A stretch of DNA of 64,000 nucleotides from Tubulanus polymorphus (Eukaryota; Animalia; Nemertea), in assembly GCF_964204645.1 (NCBI RefSeq), contig NC_134033.1, positions 9,556,655-9,620,654 on the forward strand, read 5' to 3'. This document shows positions 1 to 13,150 of this stretch, piece by piece. The notes under the pieces were generated by a model. The model had not been told where the DNA came from. It worked only from the letters and a program-made list of their open reading frames with translations, and ran no database searches. Every line of letters starts with the position of its first letter. Within the stretch, counting starts at the first letter, position 1. A program made the position numbers and the translations under genes.

Positions 1-1075
1 GAAAATTGGGTCGATCTGACTCAAGATGGCCGTCCTATGACCTTTTTAGTGCCCAAAAATGTCAATTTTGGCCAGAATTCTAGGTCCTGTAGCTTCCTAC
101 TGGTTTGCCATTTCTCATTGCAATTGCTGATGGGTATTCTTTAGAGAGGGATGTTTTATACCTGGGACAGGTATTTTGATCAGACAATTATGACGCAATT
201 GGCGGCCATCTTGGTGTCATCAGTACTCATTCGTAGGTGGGAAAAAGTTTTTCCACATTAAATTGATACCTAAGCATATTGTGTTACTATATTCAATTGG
301 AAAGTTGTAGCCCATAACGTGTTCTATGATTTTGGTGAGTTTCAAGGTCATTGGTTTTTGTATGTGGCCATCAGGGGGCGTTGAATAATACAATAACTTA
401 GTATCGCTATATTATATTTGTACCAAGGCATATTTTGTTACCATGATCAATTGCAAAGTTGTAGTTCATGACATCGTCTATGATTGTGGTGAGTTTTTAA
501 GGACATTAGTTATTCCATATAGTCACCAGGGGGCGTTGAATAGTAGAAAAGCTTAGTTTTTCCTTATTAGATTGGTACCTAGGCATAGTTTGTTACCATG
601 ATCCATTGTTAAGATGTAGTTCATGACATCGTCTATGATTGTGGTGAGTTTTTAAGGACATTAGTTATTCAATATAGTCACCAGGGGCACTGAATAGTAG
701 AATGGCTTAGTATTTCCTTATTAGATTGGTACCTTGGCATATTTTGTTACTATGATCAATTGCAAAATTGTATTTCATGACATGTACTACGATTGTGGTG
801 AGTTTTAAGGTCATTGGGTTTTGCATATGGTCTCAAGAGGGCGTTGAATAGTAGAATAACTTAGTATTTCCATATTAAATTGGTAACGAGGCATATTTTG
901 TTATCACAATCAATTACAAAATCATAGCTGCTCACATGTTCTATGATTGTGGTGGGTTTCAAGGTCATTGGTTTTTGTATATGGTCACTAGAGGGCGTTA
1001 TGTATTTAAATTGTTAGATAGTTGAGCATTTGAAACCACTTCCCAAGTGAGCATGGAGTCCCTGGACCCCTAGTT
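1..1075 (-). mobile_element. Non-autonomous Helentron/HINE-like repeat (partial) with about 154-bp internal tandem repeats
   Basis: About 5 tandem units (caccagggggcgttgaatagtag-like at about 370, 524, 679, 832, 986). Positions 1-330 are the reverse complement of about 48650-48978, inside the insert in copy C. The minus-strand start AACTAGGGGTCCAGGGACTCC resembles the AACAAGAGCCCCAAGGGGCAC start of that insert. Confidence 0.55.
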
Positions 1076-1530
1076 TGGTTTTGTCGCCCGCGACAATTCA
1101 TTATTTTGGTTTTGTCGCACGCAACAATTCATTATTTTGTTTTTGCCGTCCGCGACAATTCATTATTTTGGTTTTATCGCCCGCGACGATTCAATATTTT
1201 GGTTTTAACGCCCGCGACAATTCATTATTGTGGTTTTGTCGCCCGCGACAATTCATTATTTTGGTTTTGTCGCACGCAACAATTCATTATTTTGGTTTTA
1301 TCGCCCGCGACAATTCATTATTTTGGTTTTATCGCCCGCGACGATTCAATATTTTGGTTTTAACGCCCGCGACAATTCATTATTGTGGTTTTATCGCCCG
1401 CGACAATTCATTATTTTGGTTTTATCGCCCGCCACAATTCATTATTTTTGTTTTGTCACCCGTGACAATTCAATATTTTGGTTTTGTCACCCGCGACAAT
1501 TCATAATTTTGGTTTTGTCGCCCGTGGTTT
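1074..1530. repeat. 31-bp minisatellite (ttttggttttgtcgcccgcgacaattcatta)n, about 14 copies
   Basis: Directly visible tandem array; explains the three repetitive overlapping ORFs. Confidence 0.95.
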
Positions 1531-1559
1531 TGTCGGAACATTAAGCTTTTTGGTCGAAC

Positions 1560-1900
1560 AGTGTGTTAAGGTCGTTTTGGAAATTTACTCGGTCTGGTAT
1601 ATTTTGGATTACTGTGTATGTCATTTGTCAGGAGATTAAACAGAAGACGACTTAGGATACTACCTTGCGTGACTCCACTAGTTAGACCGTCTCATTCCAA
1701 GATGAGGCGTTCCGTTGATTTCGGTTACAAGTTTCCGTTCAGAGATAACTGCTGAGCCATTTGGGCGACCTATCATTGATACTGTTTCCTAATAGCCTGT
1801 TTAGTAACGGCTGATGTTGAGCCTTATGAAATGCTTTGTTGAAATCCACCGTTGAACAGGATTCTAAGACTGTGCAGAAAACCCGTTATCGCTGCTTTGC
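1560..1900 (-). pseudogene. Degenerate non-LTR (CR1/L2/Jockey-type) reverse transcriptase fragment
   Basis: Minus-strand translation gives VDFNKAFHKAQHQPLLNRL..KWLSSYL..SGVTQGSILSRLLFNL, matching the LINE RT motifs DFxKAFD and GVPQGS. Confidence 0.75.
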
Positions 1901-1909
1901 AGCTATATT

Positions 1910-2737
1910 TCAAATAAAGATTTTAGAGCAAAAATTGGAACAATGGGTGGATTAGGAATATTATATACTAAAGAATTTGGAAAAATAATGGCAAATTCAG
2001 ATATTAGAACACTAAATTGGAATGAATTACCAAAATATTATAATAATATACAACAACAAAACAATAATGGTTGGGTTAATTTCATTTTAGAAAATAGTGA
2101 AGGTTTTACTAAAGCTGGAATACAAAGAATAAATCAATCTATTAGAACTTATTTGATATGTATTCTAGGTGCGCAAGTTGAAACAAGATCCCCAATAATT
2201 GGAAATGATAACACTTCATTTGATGCGCAGAAACAATTCAAAGTATTATTTGAAGATTCAATTCATAATGATAAAAATAGATCTATTCCAGAAAACATTG
2301 TAAGATATCAAAATTATTTAGATAAATCACATATTAGATTAAATTATTGTATAGGCCCTAATCTATTAATTATTTCTAATGATTTAGTATTAAAGATGGG
2401 AAACATAATTGGTTACAATAATCTAATTAGAACTGCAACAATAAATAATTCATTTGGATTAAATGATATAAATAAAAAGATAATTACTGCTCCAAAATTA
2501 ATGGAAGGTGAAAAAAATAAAAAACATATTCAATCAACAGAAACTAAAACTAAGAATATTAAATTGGATAATGATTCTAAAATAAAAGATTACAATACAT
2601 CAGAAAATATAAAAACTGATATTATTCAACATGATATAATTAAACTAAATGATGATAATAAATCCCATGAAAATACTAAATTAGCTATAACTTGTATAGG
2701 AATTGTAATCGGAGGAATATTATATTTTAAATTTTAA
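1910..2737 (+). pseudogene. 5'-truncated homolog of the 460-aa C-terminally anchored Polinton protein (copy A)
   Basis: Near-identical to the C-terminal parts of 21339..22721 and 46240..47226; C-terminal hydrophobic helix. Confidence 0.85.
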
Positions 2738-2753
2738 TTTTTTTATTATATAA

Positions 2754-4199
2754 ATGGCAAAAGTAGATATTCCATTGGATCCTTTAGATGAACCTGGCAT
2801 AACTGATGAACAACAACCTGATTTTAGTGAAACAAGTTTTAATGATAATAATGAGCCAGAATATAATAATAATTTACCAGAAGTTGTTCCTGGTTCTAAA
2901 GCCCCATCAACAGATGAATATATTAGAGGAGCTAAATCGAGAATAGATATTCAAAATGAAGTACCAGAATTAGAAAAAAAAATTAAATTATGAAAATTTA
3001 AAAGATGATTTTAAACCAATGTTAAAAAGATCTGGTTTCAATATAACAAATAAAGGTATGGATTATTTAGTAGAAGATTTGAAATATTTAAATGGCGATT
3101 ATTATTGGAAATTGAAAGGCAACTATTATTTTAAGATTTCAAATCTTAAAAGTAACGATAAAATAATAACACAATCAACTTTTAATTTATTTAAACCAGA
3201 TAGAATTAAGAAAATCATTAATGATGTTATAACTGATGTTACACAAAAAGAAAGAGATGATAATATGAAAGAATTTAAACAACGAAATGCTAAATTTTTT
3301 AAGATAATTAATGAAAAAAAGACAAAAACAATTCCTATATAAGATGATAATTCCAAAACTAGTAAAATGAAATCAAACACTGAAGTTCAAACTGAAAAAC
3401 TTTTACCGGATGGATTACTTGATGCAACAGATCAAGAATTAGAAGATTTAAATATATTTTCTGATGAAGCAATTAGAGAAATTATTAGTATGAGAAATGA
3501 AGCTGATAAAATTGCACATAATAAAAGTATAAGAGATATTAAAATTAGTACTTTAGAAAAAGAATTAACTGATAAAAATAAAGAGATAGAACAACTAAAG
3601 TATGATTTAGACCATCAAGCAATTGGTGAAATGGAATATAATCAAAAAGAATTACGTTTAGAAAAAGAATTAATAATTTAAAAGATAATTTAGAAGTACT
3701 GAAAGGTGAAAGAGATATATTATTAAAAGAATATGGTAATAATTTTAAAAGATTAAAAGATGTTTTTAAAAGTTTGTTGATAAAACCAGATTCTGAAATA
3801 TCATTGAAAGATAGAATAAAATTATTATTCAAATTAGAAGGAATAACAATTCTTTCAATTCTAACAGCTGTAACTATGTTATTTACAACAATTGGTTTAG
3901 CTATATCAAATTCACTGAAATCTACTCCTACTCCCAATAAACCAGATAAACCCCCAGATAATAATTCTATACAAGATAAAGTTAAGGATGGTTTACAGAA
4001 ATTAGCAAAATATTTATGGGAACTATCAAAGAAATCTGCTGCAGCATTGCCAGGAGTTATTGCATCAATTGTTGGTTTCATATTGAAATCTGCAGGAAAC
4101 ATTATTAACTTTGCTGCTGAACATATTATTTTATTCTTAATTACAGTTGTAAGTGCAATTATATTTGGGTTAGTAAATATGATTTCAAAAAATAAATAA
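2754..4199 (+). pseudogene. Acidic/coiled-coil protein with C-terminal membrane domain, frameshifted (copy A)
   Basis: Fragments 2754-2993, 3019-3342, 3367-3681 and 3774-4199 are colinear with 44789..46222 and 22738..24430. Confidence 0.85.
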
Positions 4200-4219
4200 T
4201 TAATTTATTTGTTAAATAA

Positions 4220-5469
4220 ATGATTGGGAGTTATATCAATCCTTCTAAGAATCATAGAATATCTAAATGCTATTAAAGCAGAAAGATCACATCATATAAT
4301 TACTCATAACCCTTCTTATATTAATCCTGATGAAACTTTATATGTTAGAATCCCTAGATTAACACAAAATACTTTTTATGTTCCAAATAGTATTTATTTA
4401 TCAGCCGATATAAAAGTAACCGGTAATAATGATAATTATGTTGTTGATAATGTTGGGAGATATTTGATTAAAAAATTATCAATAAAGATTGGACCAGAAA
4501 CAGTTTTCTCATTAGATGATTATAATTTATTTATGCATTATAAAGATTTATGGTAAACTAAAGAAAATAGAAATAATATGATATTTCAAGGCATCCAATC
4601 AGAAAACCAAAATAAATTAAGATCAGAAGCACATAATGCAATATTAACTAATGCTGTAGATAAATTGATAAAAAGTATATATGGAAGCAAATATAAAATT
4701 CCATTAGACTTTGAATTGATAAATAATAATGCACCTTTATATAAATATGCAATTCAAGAAGACGTTATATTCGAAATAACATATACTCCTGTAAATGAAA
4801 TCGTAATATCTAGCGTTAATAAAGATATGAGTTATAAATTATCGAATATATGTTTAGAATATGATACAGTAACTGATGAAAATATTTTCAAGTATAATTC
4901 AAACTAAATACAATCAAGGATTTTCATTATTATATGATTATATTGATAAATTTAAAACTGTAACTATCAATGCAAATGATGAAATAATTAATGAGAATAT
5001 TAACTTCCCAAGAAGATCTATTAAAGGTATATTAATATTCCTTATCATTGCAACATATACTAATGGTGCAATAAATGTTGATAATTATTATAATCCTGAA
5101 ATAACAAAAGTAGAAATAACTATTGAAGGAATAGCAAATAAAATATTTTGTCAAGGAATGAGAATGATTGATCAATGGCCAGAAATTAGAAAACATTTTA
5201 TGAATGAAAAAGTAAAATCATCTGAAAATTGTAATATTAATCAAATTGATTATTATACCGGTAATAAATATGCATTATGGTTAGATTTTAGAACAACAGA
5301 GGATAATTCATTACATGGTTCTGGAAAAAAATTACAAAACACTAAAGATGGAATACAATTATTCATGACAAAGAATAAAGGAATCAAAAATTTTAAAATG
5401 CACATTTATATTATATCTGACGCGCAATTGAATATTGTAAATTCTCAATTGAATAGTGTTATGTATTAA
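4220..5469 (+). pseudogene. Major capsid protein (putative double jelly-roll), disrupted (copy A)
   Basis: Three fragments totalling about 410 aa; beta-rich; NP..I.P.ETLYVRIP and NVGRYLIKKL.IKIG motifs; Polinton context. Confidence 0.75.
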
Positions 5470-5501
5470 AATTTTAACTATAATAAAAATATATATAATA
5501 A

Positions 5502-6372
5502 ATGAAAGGAGGTAAAGTATATAAACATATTCCATACATCGATACACATGAAAATAATGATGGTTTATATTATGTAATACCTTGTAATATAGCTTTGATA
5601 TTTGATCCTATTTTCAAAATTTATAAAACTAAACTTATAGAAATCGATTATAATAAAAGTGAAGTTGTTGATAATTTAAGTAATGTAATTGATAATAATG
5701 TAATACCTTCTACATCTAATAATGCAATACCTTCTACATCTAATAATGTAATACCTACTACATCTATTAATGTAATACCTTCTACATCTAATAATGTAAT
5801 ACCTTCTACATCTAATAATGTAATACCTTCTACATCAAATAATGCAATAATATTAAATGTTAGTGAAAATAGAAATTATTGTGATTATTGTAAAGGTGAA
5901 TTTTCAAACGCTCCATCAAATTGGAATAATCATATGAATACAAATTCACATATTACTAATGTTATAAAACGTGTTGGTTTAAGAGAATTTTTAGAACACC
6001 CATTTAGATATGTTACAAAGTTTGTTTCAAATCAAAAAGTAAATGGTAAAGAATTATATGAAGATTTTTATTATTAGCAACGCCTAATAAAGATGAATTA
6101 GATTTAACCGATGCTATTAAATTAGAATCAAACATTGTAAATGAAATATTAGGAGCAAACACTAATAAAGATAATAATGAAAATACAGGAAAGCGCATTG
6201 ATAATAAAGATTCTATGAAACTTAAATCAGAAAATAAAGATATAGTTGAGATGACTAATAAGTATATCAATAAACCAATTATTTATGAAGATACGGTAGA
6301 GCATTTGAATAAATTGTTAGGGTCTGATAGTGAAAGTGATTCAGAAAGTGATTATCTAACACTCAAAAAGTA
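5502..6372 (+). pseudogene. Protein with (NNVIPSTS)n repeat and C2H2-like zinc finger, frameshifted near 6065 (copy A)
   Basis: CDYC...HMNTNSH motif; 24-bp tandem repeat at 5693-5843; homolog of 25755..26714. Confidence 0.75.
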
Positions 6373-6718
6373 ATAAAGGTTGAAAATTGTATAAAATAAT
6401 AGTAAATAAAAAAGGGGGTTTTAAGTATTAAGGTATCTAATACGTATTTAATACATATCTAATACATATCTAATACGTATCTAATACGTATTTAATACAT
6501 ATTATTTGAAAATACCTTAAATTATATTTCTTTTTTAAATTTATATTGAAACCTCAGTAATAATAAATAACCTTTATTATTTTCAAACTTATTCATATAT
6601 TAGTTGAAAAAAATAAAAATAAATTGATTGAAAATTATATGAATAATATTTATTTTAAAAATGGGGTTTTAAGTATTAATGTATTTAATACGTATTAGAT
6701 AGATAGATATATAAATAG

Positions 6719-7330
6719 TTATTTTATAAACTTATATTCATAGGGAAATTGTAATCTCAGTAATAATTTTGAACCTTTATTATTCTTTAATTTATTCATA
6801 TATTCATCATGTAATTCAGTAGGTATAATTTGATTTTCTTCCAATGATTGTTGCATAGATTTTCTATCTTTATTGTAGAATAAAACTAGAAGTCTTATAT
6901 TCTCCCTTAAGTCTTTAACAATTGAATTATATTTTTGATTTAAAACCCATGTTGTTATCCAAAAATGTCTCCCAGAGAAAGCTAAATAACATAACTCACT
7001 TTCTCTCACTTTTGAATCATGTAAATTTGCGCAATCATCTACAATGAATAATGTATTTGATCCTTTATAAGTATCAATTGCTATTTTAATACAATTATCT
7101 AAATTTTCTTTTACTGTTTTAGGGTCTAATATAATAAACTTTTTTATCTTAACTATATCTCTATTATATGTTTTATTCATTTCATAAGTAGGACAAAATA
7201 ATATTATATTATCAAAATGATTCTTATAAATAGTTTCTAACAAATCTAATATGAAATGTATTTTACCACAATTGGTTACTCCAGTAACTAACATATTATG
7301 CGGTTCGAATATAAATAAATCTTTATTCAT
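6719..7330 (-). CDS. A32/FtsK-HerA-like genome packaging ATPase (copy A)
   Basis: Walker A GVTNCGKI (the usual T/S is I), Walker B LFIVDD, GRH arginine finger and VLNQ motif. Confidence 0.9.
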   Translation of the reverse strand: MNKDLFIFEPHNMLVTGVTNCGKIHFILDLLETIYKNHFDNIILFCPTYEMNKTYNRDIVKIKKFIILDPKTVKENLDNCIKIAIDTYKGSNTLFIVDDCANLHDSKVRESELCYLAFSGRHFWITTWVLNQKYNSIVKDLRENIRLLVLFYNKDRKSMQQSLEENQIIPTELHDEYMNKLKNNKGSKLLLRLQFPYEYKFIK

Positions 7331-8552
7331 TTATTCTTTTAATTTTACTAGATAAAATCCATTCATTAAATTTATCATCGTATCCTTTATATTTCACCAA
7401 AGAATACTTTTTTCCTTTAAGAGTTTTTGTTTTCAATACTTTTTCTATTTTGTATTCTATTTCATCTGGATTTGGTACAAGTGATAATTCTTGTTCATAG
7501 AAATAACCTAATATTTCTTCATCTTTTAGATCTTCTAGTTTATAAACAAAAGGTTTAGTTAATATGATCTTTTTAATTTTAAATATTTCTTCTGTAAAAT
7601 TAGGGGTATAACCTTTATAAAAGGTTTTTCTATATTTAGATATTCTTACGTGTTGTCCAATTTTGAATCTAGGTTCACCGAAATCATGTGTAACAAACGC
7701 GCCATATAAATTATTCCAAAATATTTCTTCTGTAAAATTAGGGGTATAACCTTTATAAAAGGTTTTTCTATATTTAGATATTCTTACGTGTTGTCCAATT
7801 TTGAATCTAGGTTCACCGAAATCATGTGTAACAAACGCGCCATATAAATTATTCCAAACTATTTCCGAATTATCTTCTTTTCTAGCTTGTATAGGTTTCA
7901 TATTTATAGAACTATTTTTAGAATTATTATAACCTTTCACTAAATCATCTAATACATCGATATATTTATATGTTTCATTAGCAGTAAAATATTTCCACAT
8001 TCTAGTTTTCAATGTTTTATTAAATCTTTCTATAATAGATGCTTTTTTATCTGAGTGTGTTGAAATATATTCTACATCGTTATCAGATAATAGTTTTTTA
8101 AAATGTTTGTTATGAAATTCCTTACCTTCATCAAATTGTATCTTATCTGGAATAGCTTCTTTAAATATAGATTTAAAGGCATTTGTCACTTCTATTCCAG
8201 TTTTATTTTTGATTGGAATTGACCATGCGCATCTACTGAATATGTCTATAACATTTAATATCCAGAAATATCCTTTATTATGTTCCTCTAAGTTCTTCAT
8301 GTCAATTAAATCTGCTTGCCATTGTTGATCGATATATGAAACCATAACTTTTCTTGTTAAATAAGTTTTATCCATTTTCTTGTGTATTTGATATGTTGGT
8401 TGATTTTGTAACCGTGATTTTAATTCACTATATTTTATATCACCATTTTCATTATCAGATTTAATGTTATTCCATAATTCTGAAACGTTAGAATATGATA
8501 CTTCACTTTCTGGGTGATAATATAACTCTCTTAAATATTCTTCTTTTTTCAT
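7323..8552 (-). CDS. Retroviral-type (rve) integrase with C-terminal chromodomain and a 46-aa internal duplication (copy A)
   Basis: DDE motifs WQADL, FDEGKEF, ERFNKT; chromodomain YKIEKVL..LVKYKGY..FNEWI. Confidence 0.95.
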   Translation of the reverse strand: MKKEEYLRELYYHPESEVSYSNVSELWNNIKSDNENGDIKYSELKSRLQNQPTYQIHKKMDKTYLTRKVMVSYIDQQWQADLIDMKNLEEHNKGYFWILNVIDIFSRCAWSIPIKNKTGIEVTNAFKSIFKEAIPDKIQFDEGKEFHNKHFKKLLSDNDVEYISTHSDKKASIIERFNKTLKTRMWKYFTANETYKYIDVLDDLVKGYNNSKNSSINMKPIQARKEDNSEIVWNNLYGAFVTHDFGEPRFKIGQHVRISKYRKTFYKGYTPNFTEEIFWNNLYGAFVTHDFGEPRFKIGQHVRISKYRKTFYKGYTPNFTEEIFKIKKIILTKPFVYKLEDLKDEEILGYFYEQELSLVPNPDEIEYKIEKVLKTKTLKGKKYSLVKYKGYDDKFNEWILSSKIKRINE

Positions 8553-8558
8553 CTTATT

Positions 8559-8927
8559 TTAATCCATTAATAATAATTTAGATTTAGTTTCAATGACTTT
8601 ATGATTTGACTTATTTTCTGGTATGATAGGTTTATTGTCATTGGAATCATATTTATCATCAGATTTGAATTTTGATTTATATATTACACCAGATAATATA
8701 ATAACTGTTACTAATCCAATTGTAATATATGATTTATAATTACTTCCAGCATTAGAAGAATTAGATGGATTATTATTTGAATCAATATCAGATAAAGTCT
8801 GCGATTCATTTATATCAGTTAATTTCTTTTTCTTAGCTTTTTTTAATTCTGAAGATCTTTTACCTAATTCTCTTGCCCATATAATTTGTTTCTCGGATCT
8901 AGGCTTCTTCTTAACGCTATCACTCAT
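8559..8927 (-). CDS. Small basic protein with one transmembrane helix (copy A)
   Basis: K/R-rich N-terminus, hydrophobic YITIGLVTVIILSGVIY; conserved in copy B (28230..28574). Confidence 0.75.
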   Translation of the reverse strand: MSDSVKKKPRSEKQIIWARELGKRSSELKKAKKKKLTDINESQTLSDIDSNNNPSNSSNAGSNYKSYITIGLVTVIILSGVIYKSKFKSDDKYDSNDNKPIIPENKSNHKVIETKSKLLLMD

Positions 8928-8932
8928 TTATT

Positions 8933-10649
8933 TTAGTTAATTTTTGTTCTGATTCATTTTCTGTTTCGCCGTTTGGTTGTAGTACATCTGTTTCGTTCTT
9001 CCCTGATTTATATTCCATAGGCTTGATGTTCGAAAATGTAATGACGCCAGTAGAAATTAATGTCATAACCGATCCTAATTGGAATGAAGCATAACCAACC
9101 CATTTTTTGACGCCTTATAAAACGTTACCATTATGAAACTTAAACAATGTTAACCATTCAGCGTCATTTTACAAACGACAACCGTAAATCGATGTGCAAA
9201 ACGTCACAGGTTTATGTGTACACATACAAGCTATTTGGCAAAATATTATTGATAAAGATGTAGAATGGCTCCCTGTGATTATATAATGACCTCTATTTGA
9301 ACGTCGAAATGTTATACTGCATTGAATATCATGATAAGAGGTATTGTAATAGTAAAGGATGTATGATTATATCAGGAGCGGCAGGCATAAATAGAAATGA
9401 TAAGTAAATCGGATTAGTCGGTTAAATGGCGGATGTATACACGATTTGGAAGTCTGATATAAAAGTCAGACCCTGACATGGGGATGCTAGTGGAATGACG
9501 AAGCTATCTACGATCTGAGTAGGGCCGGCGTGAATTTCATCGGCGGCTACAAGCGGTCTATATAAAAACGTGTAAACAAATAATTTCAATATTCAAATGT
9601 TTTAGAAAATATGTTCGATATTAGGGGTATGCAGGTTTCATGAGATTAGCAATCTATAATAGCATAGCTGTCATATACGGCTCCGCGTCCACTGATGGCA
9701 TGTGTATAAGGTGACAATTCAATTCAATACTTTATTGATCCTTATTACATTGAAATTCCGGGATGAAATTCCCAAATTCAATAAAGTTACAAATTTTAGA
9801 ATAAGAAAATACAAAATACAAGACGCATGGGTAATTCATACAGAATAACATGAATAAGTTATTTAAATGACGATGTCAACCCAGACTCAAGTCTAGGATA
9901 TCGAGTGACAGCCAAACCGGGCCCCGGGACCGGGCCGGCTGGCTACACGATATGCTCGAAGTCATGATGAAGCAGACATCAGAAGAGCTCTTTGTTCAAC
10001 CATGGAGGCAATGAAGTTGCAGACCAGCTTAGAGCAAAAGTGAATCGAAGTCGGTCACAAGTTGACAATTTTTTTTTAATTAGACCAGTCGAAGACTGTA
10101 TCATCGCCAAATCTCATAATTCCCCAAATTTCTTAAAACTTCGATTTCAAATTTGCAATTCCACATTAGCTTATCCCAGAAATTCTACATTTTTTCGCAG
10201 GCGTCAAATAATTTATTAAAGTTTATTTTCTTGTTTAATTCAGTCATAACTAAATAGTCATTTTTCAAATCACTATATAATTTATTTTCATCATTAATTG
10301 GTATTAACTGGTAACATAACTTTGAATAACATTTGACAATACCATCTGAAATAGAATCATTTATTCTAGCTAATCTAGCTTCTTCATAAATCTTAAAATA
10401 TTTTATTACTTTATCGGGTTTCATAGCATCTAATTCTTGAAAAGTAATTATTTTCCCGATAAACTGATTACATTTTCCGCCAGCAATTAATAATTCTAGA
10501 TGGTGTTTACAATATAAATAGTATTCATAATCAATATTACAATTAACTTGAGCACAATTAGTTACAACTGTATCTTTATTATCACTTATACCCAAATCAT
10601 ATAATGTTTTTTCAATATCAATACTATTCTTACTCGATTTCTTTGACAT
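8933..10649 (-). pseudogene. 195-aa conserved Polinton protein split by an insertion (copy A)
   Basis: 10649-10236 plus 9107-8933 reconstitute the homolog of 28580..29167. Confidence 0.85.
9108..10235 (-). mobile_element. Helentron/HINE-like non-autonomous insertion (about 1.1 kb)
   Basis: Absent from copy B; inserted in a T-run with no TSD; minus strand starts AACAAG; subterminal inverted repeat tttgacgcct (9106-9115) / aggcgtcaaa (10199-10208). Confidence 0.6.
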
Positions 10650-10957
10650 TTATATTAGAGAAAAAAGCGAAAAAAATATAAGTATTATAAAATGATACCA
10701 GTATCTCTTTAGATTAATACTAGCTTAGTTAAAGGTAAAGAATTTTAGTATTAGTTATTGTTTTTTTAGTATTTTTTATTTGTGATATAAAGTATTCTCT
10801 TTTGGAAAGAATTGTAAAAGAAAATATCAAAAATTAAAATAGAAATAATGGCTAGTTGAAGTTATTGTTTTTTTAATATATTTTATTTGAATTCTATTTG
10901 ATATCTCACTACTTTTGTTTATCTATTAGGAGCAGTAATTATAACTGTCCAGATAAG

Positions 10958-11569
10958 TCATTTCGGATCCTTGATATCAAATTCCTCAACGTATTGTTCA
11001 TTATTTGGATCATTGTTCCATTGATCAATAAATTTCTTTGCCTTTGTTAACTGTTCTAAATATAACTGTAAATCTAGTTTATTAGATTTGATTTGATTTT
11101 CTTTCTTTTCTAAAGGCCTTAAATTTTTCCAACCCCAAATAAGTTTTTTATTGTATTCATCATTCATGTTAAATTTAGATATTGGTAACACGTGATCAAT
11201 ATGGTAATAATCCCCGTAATTATCTATATTCATTTTATCATCGAATTGAAATATAATCCATGATTTGAGAAATTCATTTGAACAACCCAATAGATTAGAT
11301 AATGTTTCTGAATGTGTTTCTTTGTTGAATAATTGTGTTAATCTAGATCTTAAGCATTGTTTCAATCTAAAATTAAGATCTGTTTGATATCTTTCTCTCA
11401 TATATTCTGCCATATAATAATTAAAATGTTCTATATTATCTTCTCGGTATTGTTTGGTATATAGTTTAAAACAAGTTTTACAGCAATATTGAAAACCATC
11501 TTTGCTAATCTTACGCTTACTAAATTCTGTTAAAGCTAATTTATCTAATTCACATTTAGAACACTTCTT
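10958..11569 (-). pseudogene. HNH endonuclease, 3' part (copy A); the 5' end lies at 36945-37012
   Basis: HIDHVLP..NLRPL..EN..KSNK motif. The N-terminus MEPEQPQTINIT is found on the far side of the CACTA element and matches 43355 onward. Confidence 0.9.
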
Positions 11570-12879
11570 CCCAAGTAGCGCTGTGATGTCAGAATGACAT
11601 CATAATTACGTCATACCTTGATGTCAGGATGGCATCATATCATGATGTCAAATTGATATCAGAGTTGCTCATAGGAATGATGTCATATTAATGTCATATC
11701 ATGATGTTATTCTGACGTCTTTTTGATCCAAAATGATGTCAATATGACATTGATTTTGATGATCAGAAATACGTCATTTTGATGTCCCTTTTTAAATCAT
11801 TTAATTGATGAAAATATGACATCATTCCGACGTTCCATTTGCAACCATTGATTTATTGATTCCACTTATCCAAACAAAATCCTTAAAAGGTGTGAATCCT
11901 CAGTAATTGAGCCCACTCATTAAAAACTACTGAAAAGAATCTTATGGTGAATTAAGGTAAATCGTAGGCTTAATAGCACATTTTATTTTTTTTTACAAAA
12001 AATTAAGGCGATGGAATAAGAAATAATCCCGTCATCAAAAAGTGAACATATTCGTGTACATGGATTCTACAGTTATAGAATTATTGCTGATTTTTCGATA
12101 CTTAGCCATTTACATTTCGATACAGCTTACAGCTTTACAGTTACAGTTATTTTAAAATGAATATCTCTTTAGATTATACATACGTTACAAGGTTAAAAAT
12201 TGTTGTACTAACCTCTACTCTTTTCAAAGTATCTAAAAAAATAACAAATTTTTTATTCACTTAAATCTAAACCCTGCTCTCTTGTAAGCTACGTCTTCAA
12301 TTTCATAAACTGTACATAAATATATTGACTCAGTTTATACATAATATTTTATTCACAACATTATTTTTTAAAGACTTTACTACATATTTGCTCCTTCATC
12401 AGTCAAATTATGCGAGAAATTCCACATTCCGAACAAAAATTGATTAGTCCTATTATCAGAATTACTTTGGTATATTAATCAAACTCCCAAGTTACTTATG
12501 CCCAAAAAGGAGATGACATTTATGGATTTCAATTCTACTGTTAACTCCACGTATCTTGAATCAAAGAACTCGGAAAACCGAATTAGTCGGACTAATTTAC
12601 AATACTTTCAGAAGCAATACATGTACAAATATTAATTCAACATTTACGGTTACTTGGCATATTCGTCTGACAAAAAAATGGCGGTCCTGAAAGATTTGAT
12701 TTAAAGCGTAGTCTACTAACCTGACGTTAATTAGATATGAAAATGACAAATGTTCTACGGGTTAAATCGAAGAAACATCCTCATTGGTCCGATCAAATGA
12801 TCATTATAACTGGTTGAAATTCATAGAATACAACTGTAGATAAAAGAAAACCTTTCAACTACATACACATCGAGAATAC

Positions 12880-13150
12880 TAGCTTAGTTTTCAAGAAAAC
12901 GTCAACATTTAAAACAGATCCTGAAACCTCAAGCAGAATTAAACTAAAAAGTAGTCTCTTTTGATATCTAGCTAGTTTTCAAGAAAACGTCGACATTCAA
13001 AACAGATTTTGAAACGGATTTAAGCAGAATTAAACAAAAATGTAGTCTCTTTTGAAATTTGCTAGCTAGTTTTCAAGCGAAACGTCAACATTTAAAACAG
13101 ATCTTGAAACAGTTTTAAATAGAATTAAACAAAAATGCAGTCTCTTTTGA
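12880..13150. repeat. Three tandem copies of an about 90-bp unit inside the CACTA element
   Basis: tagttttcaagaaaacgtcaacatt...gtagtctcttttga repeated three times. Confidence 0.85.

Noticed and set aside
1075-1544. Three overlapping repetitive hydrophobic ORFs
   Set aside because: They are translations of a 31-bp minisatellite.
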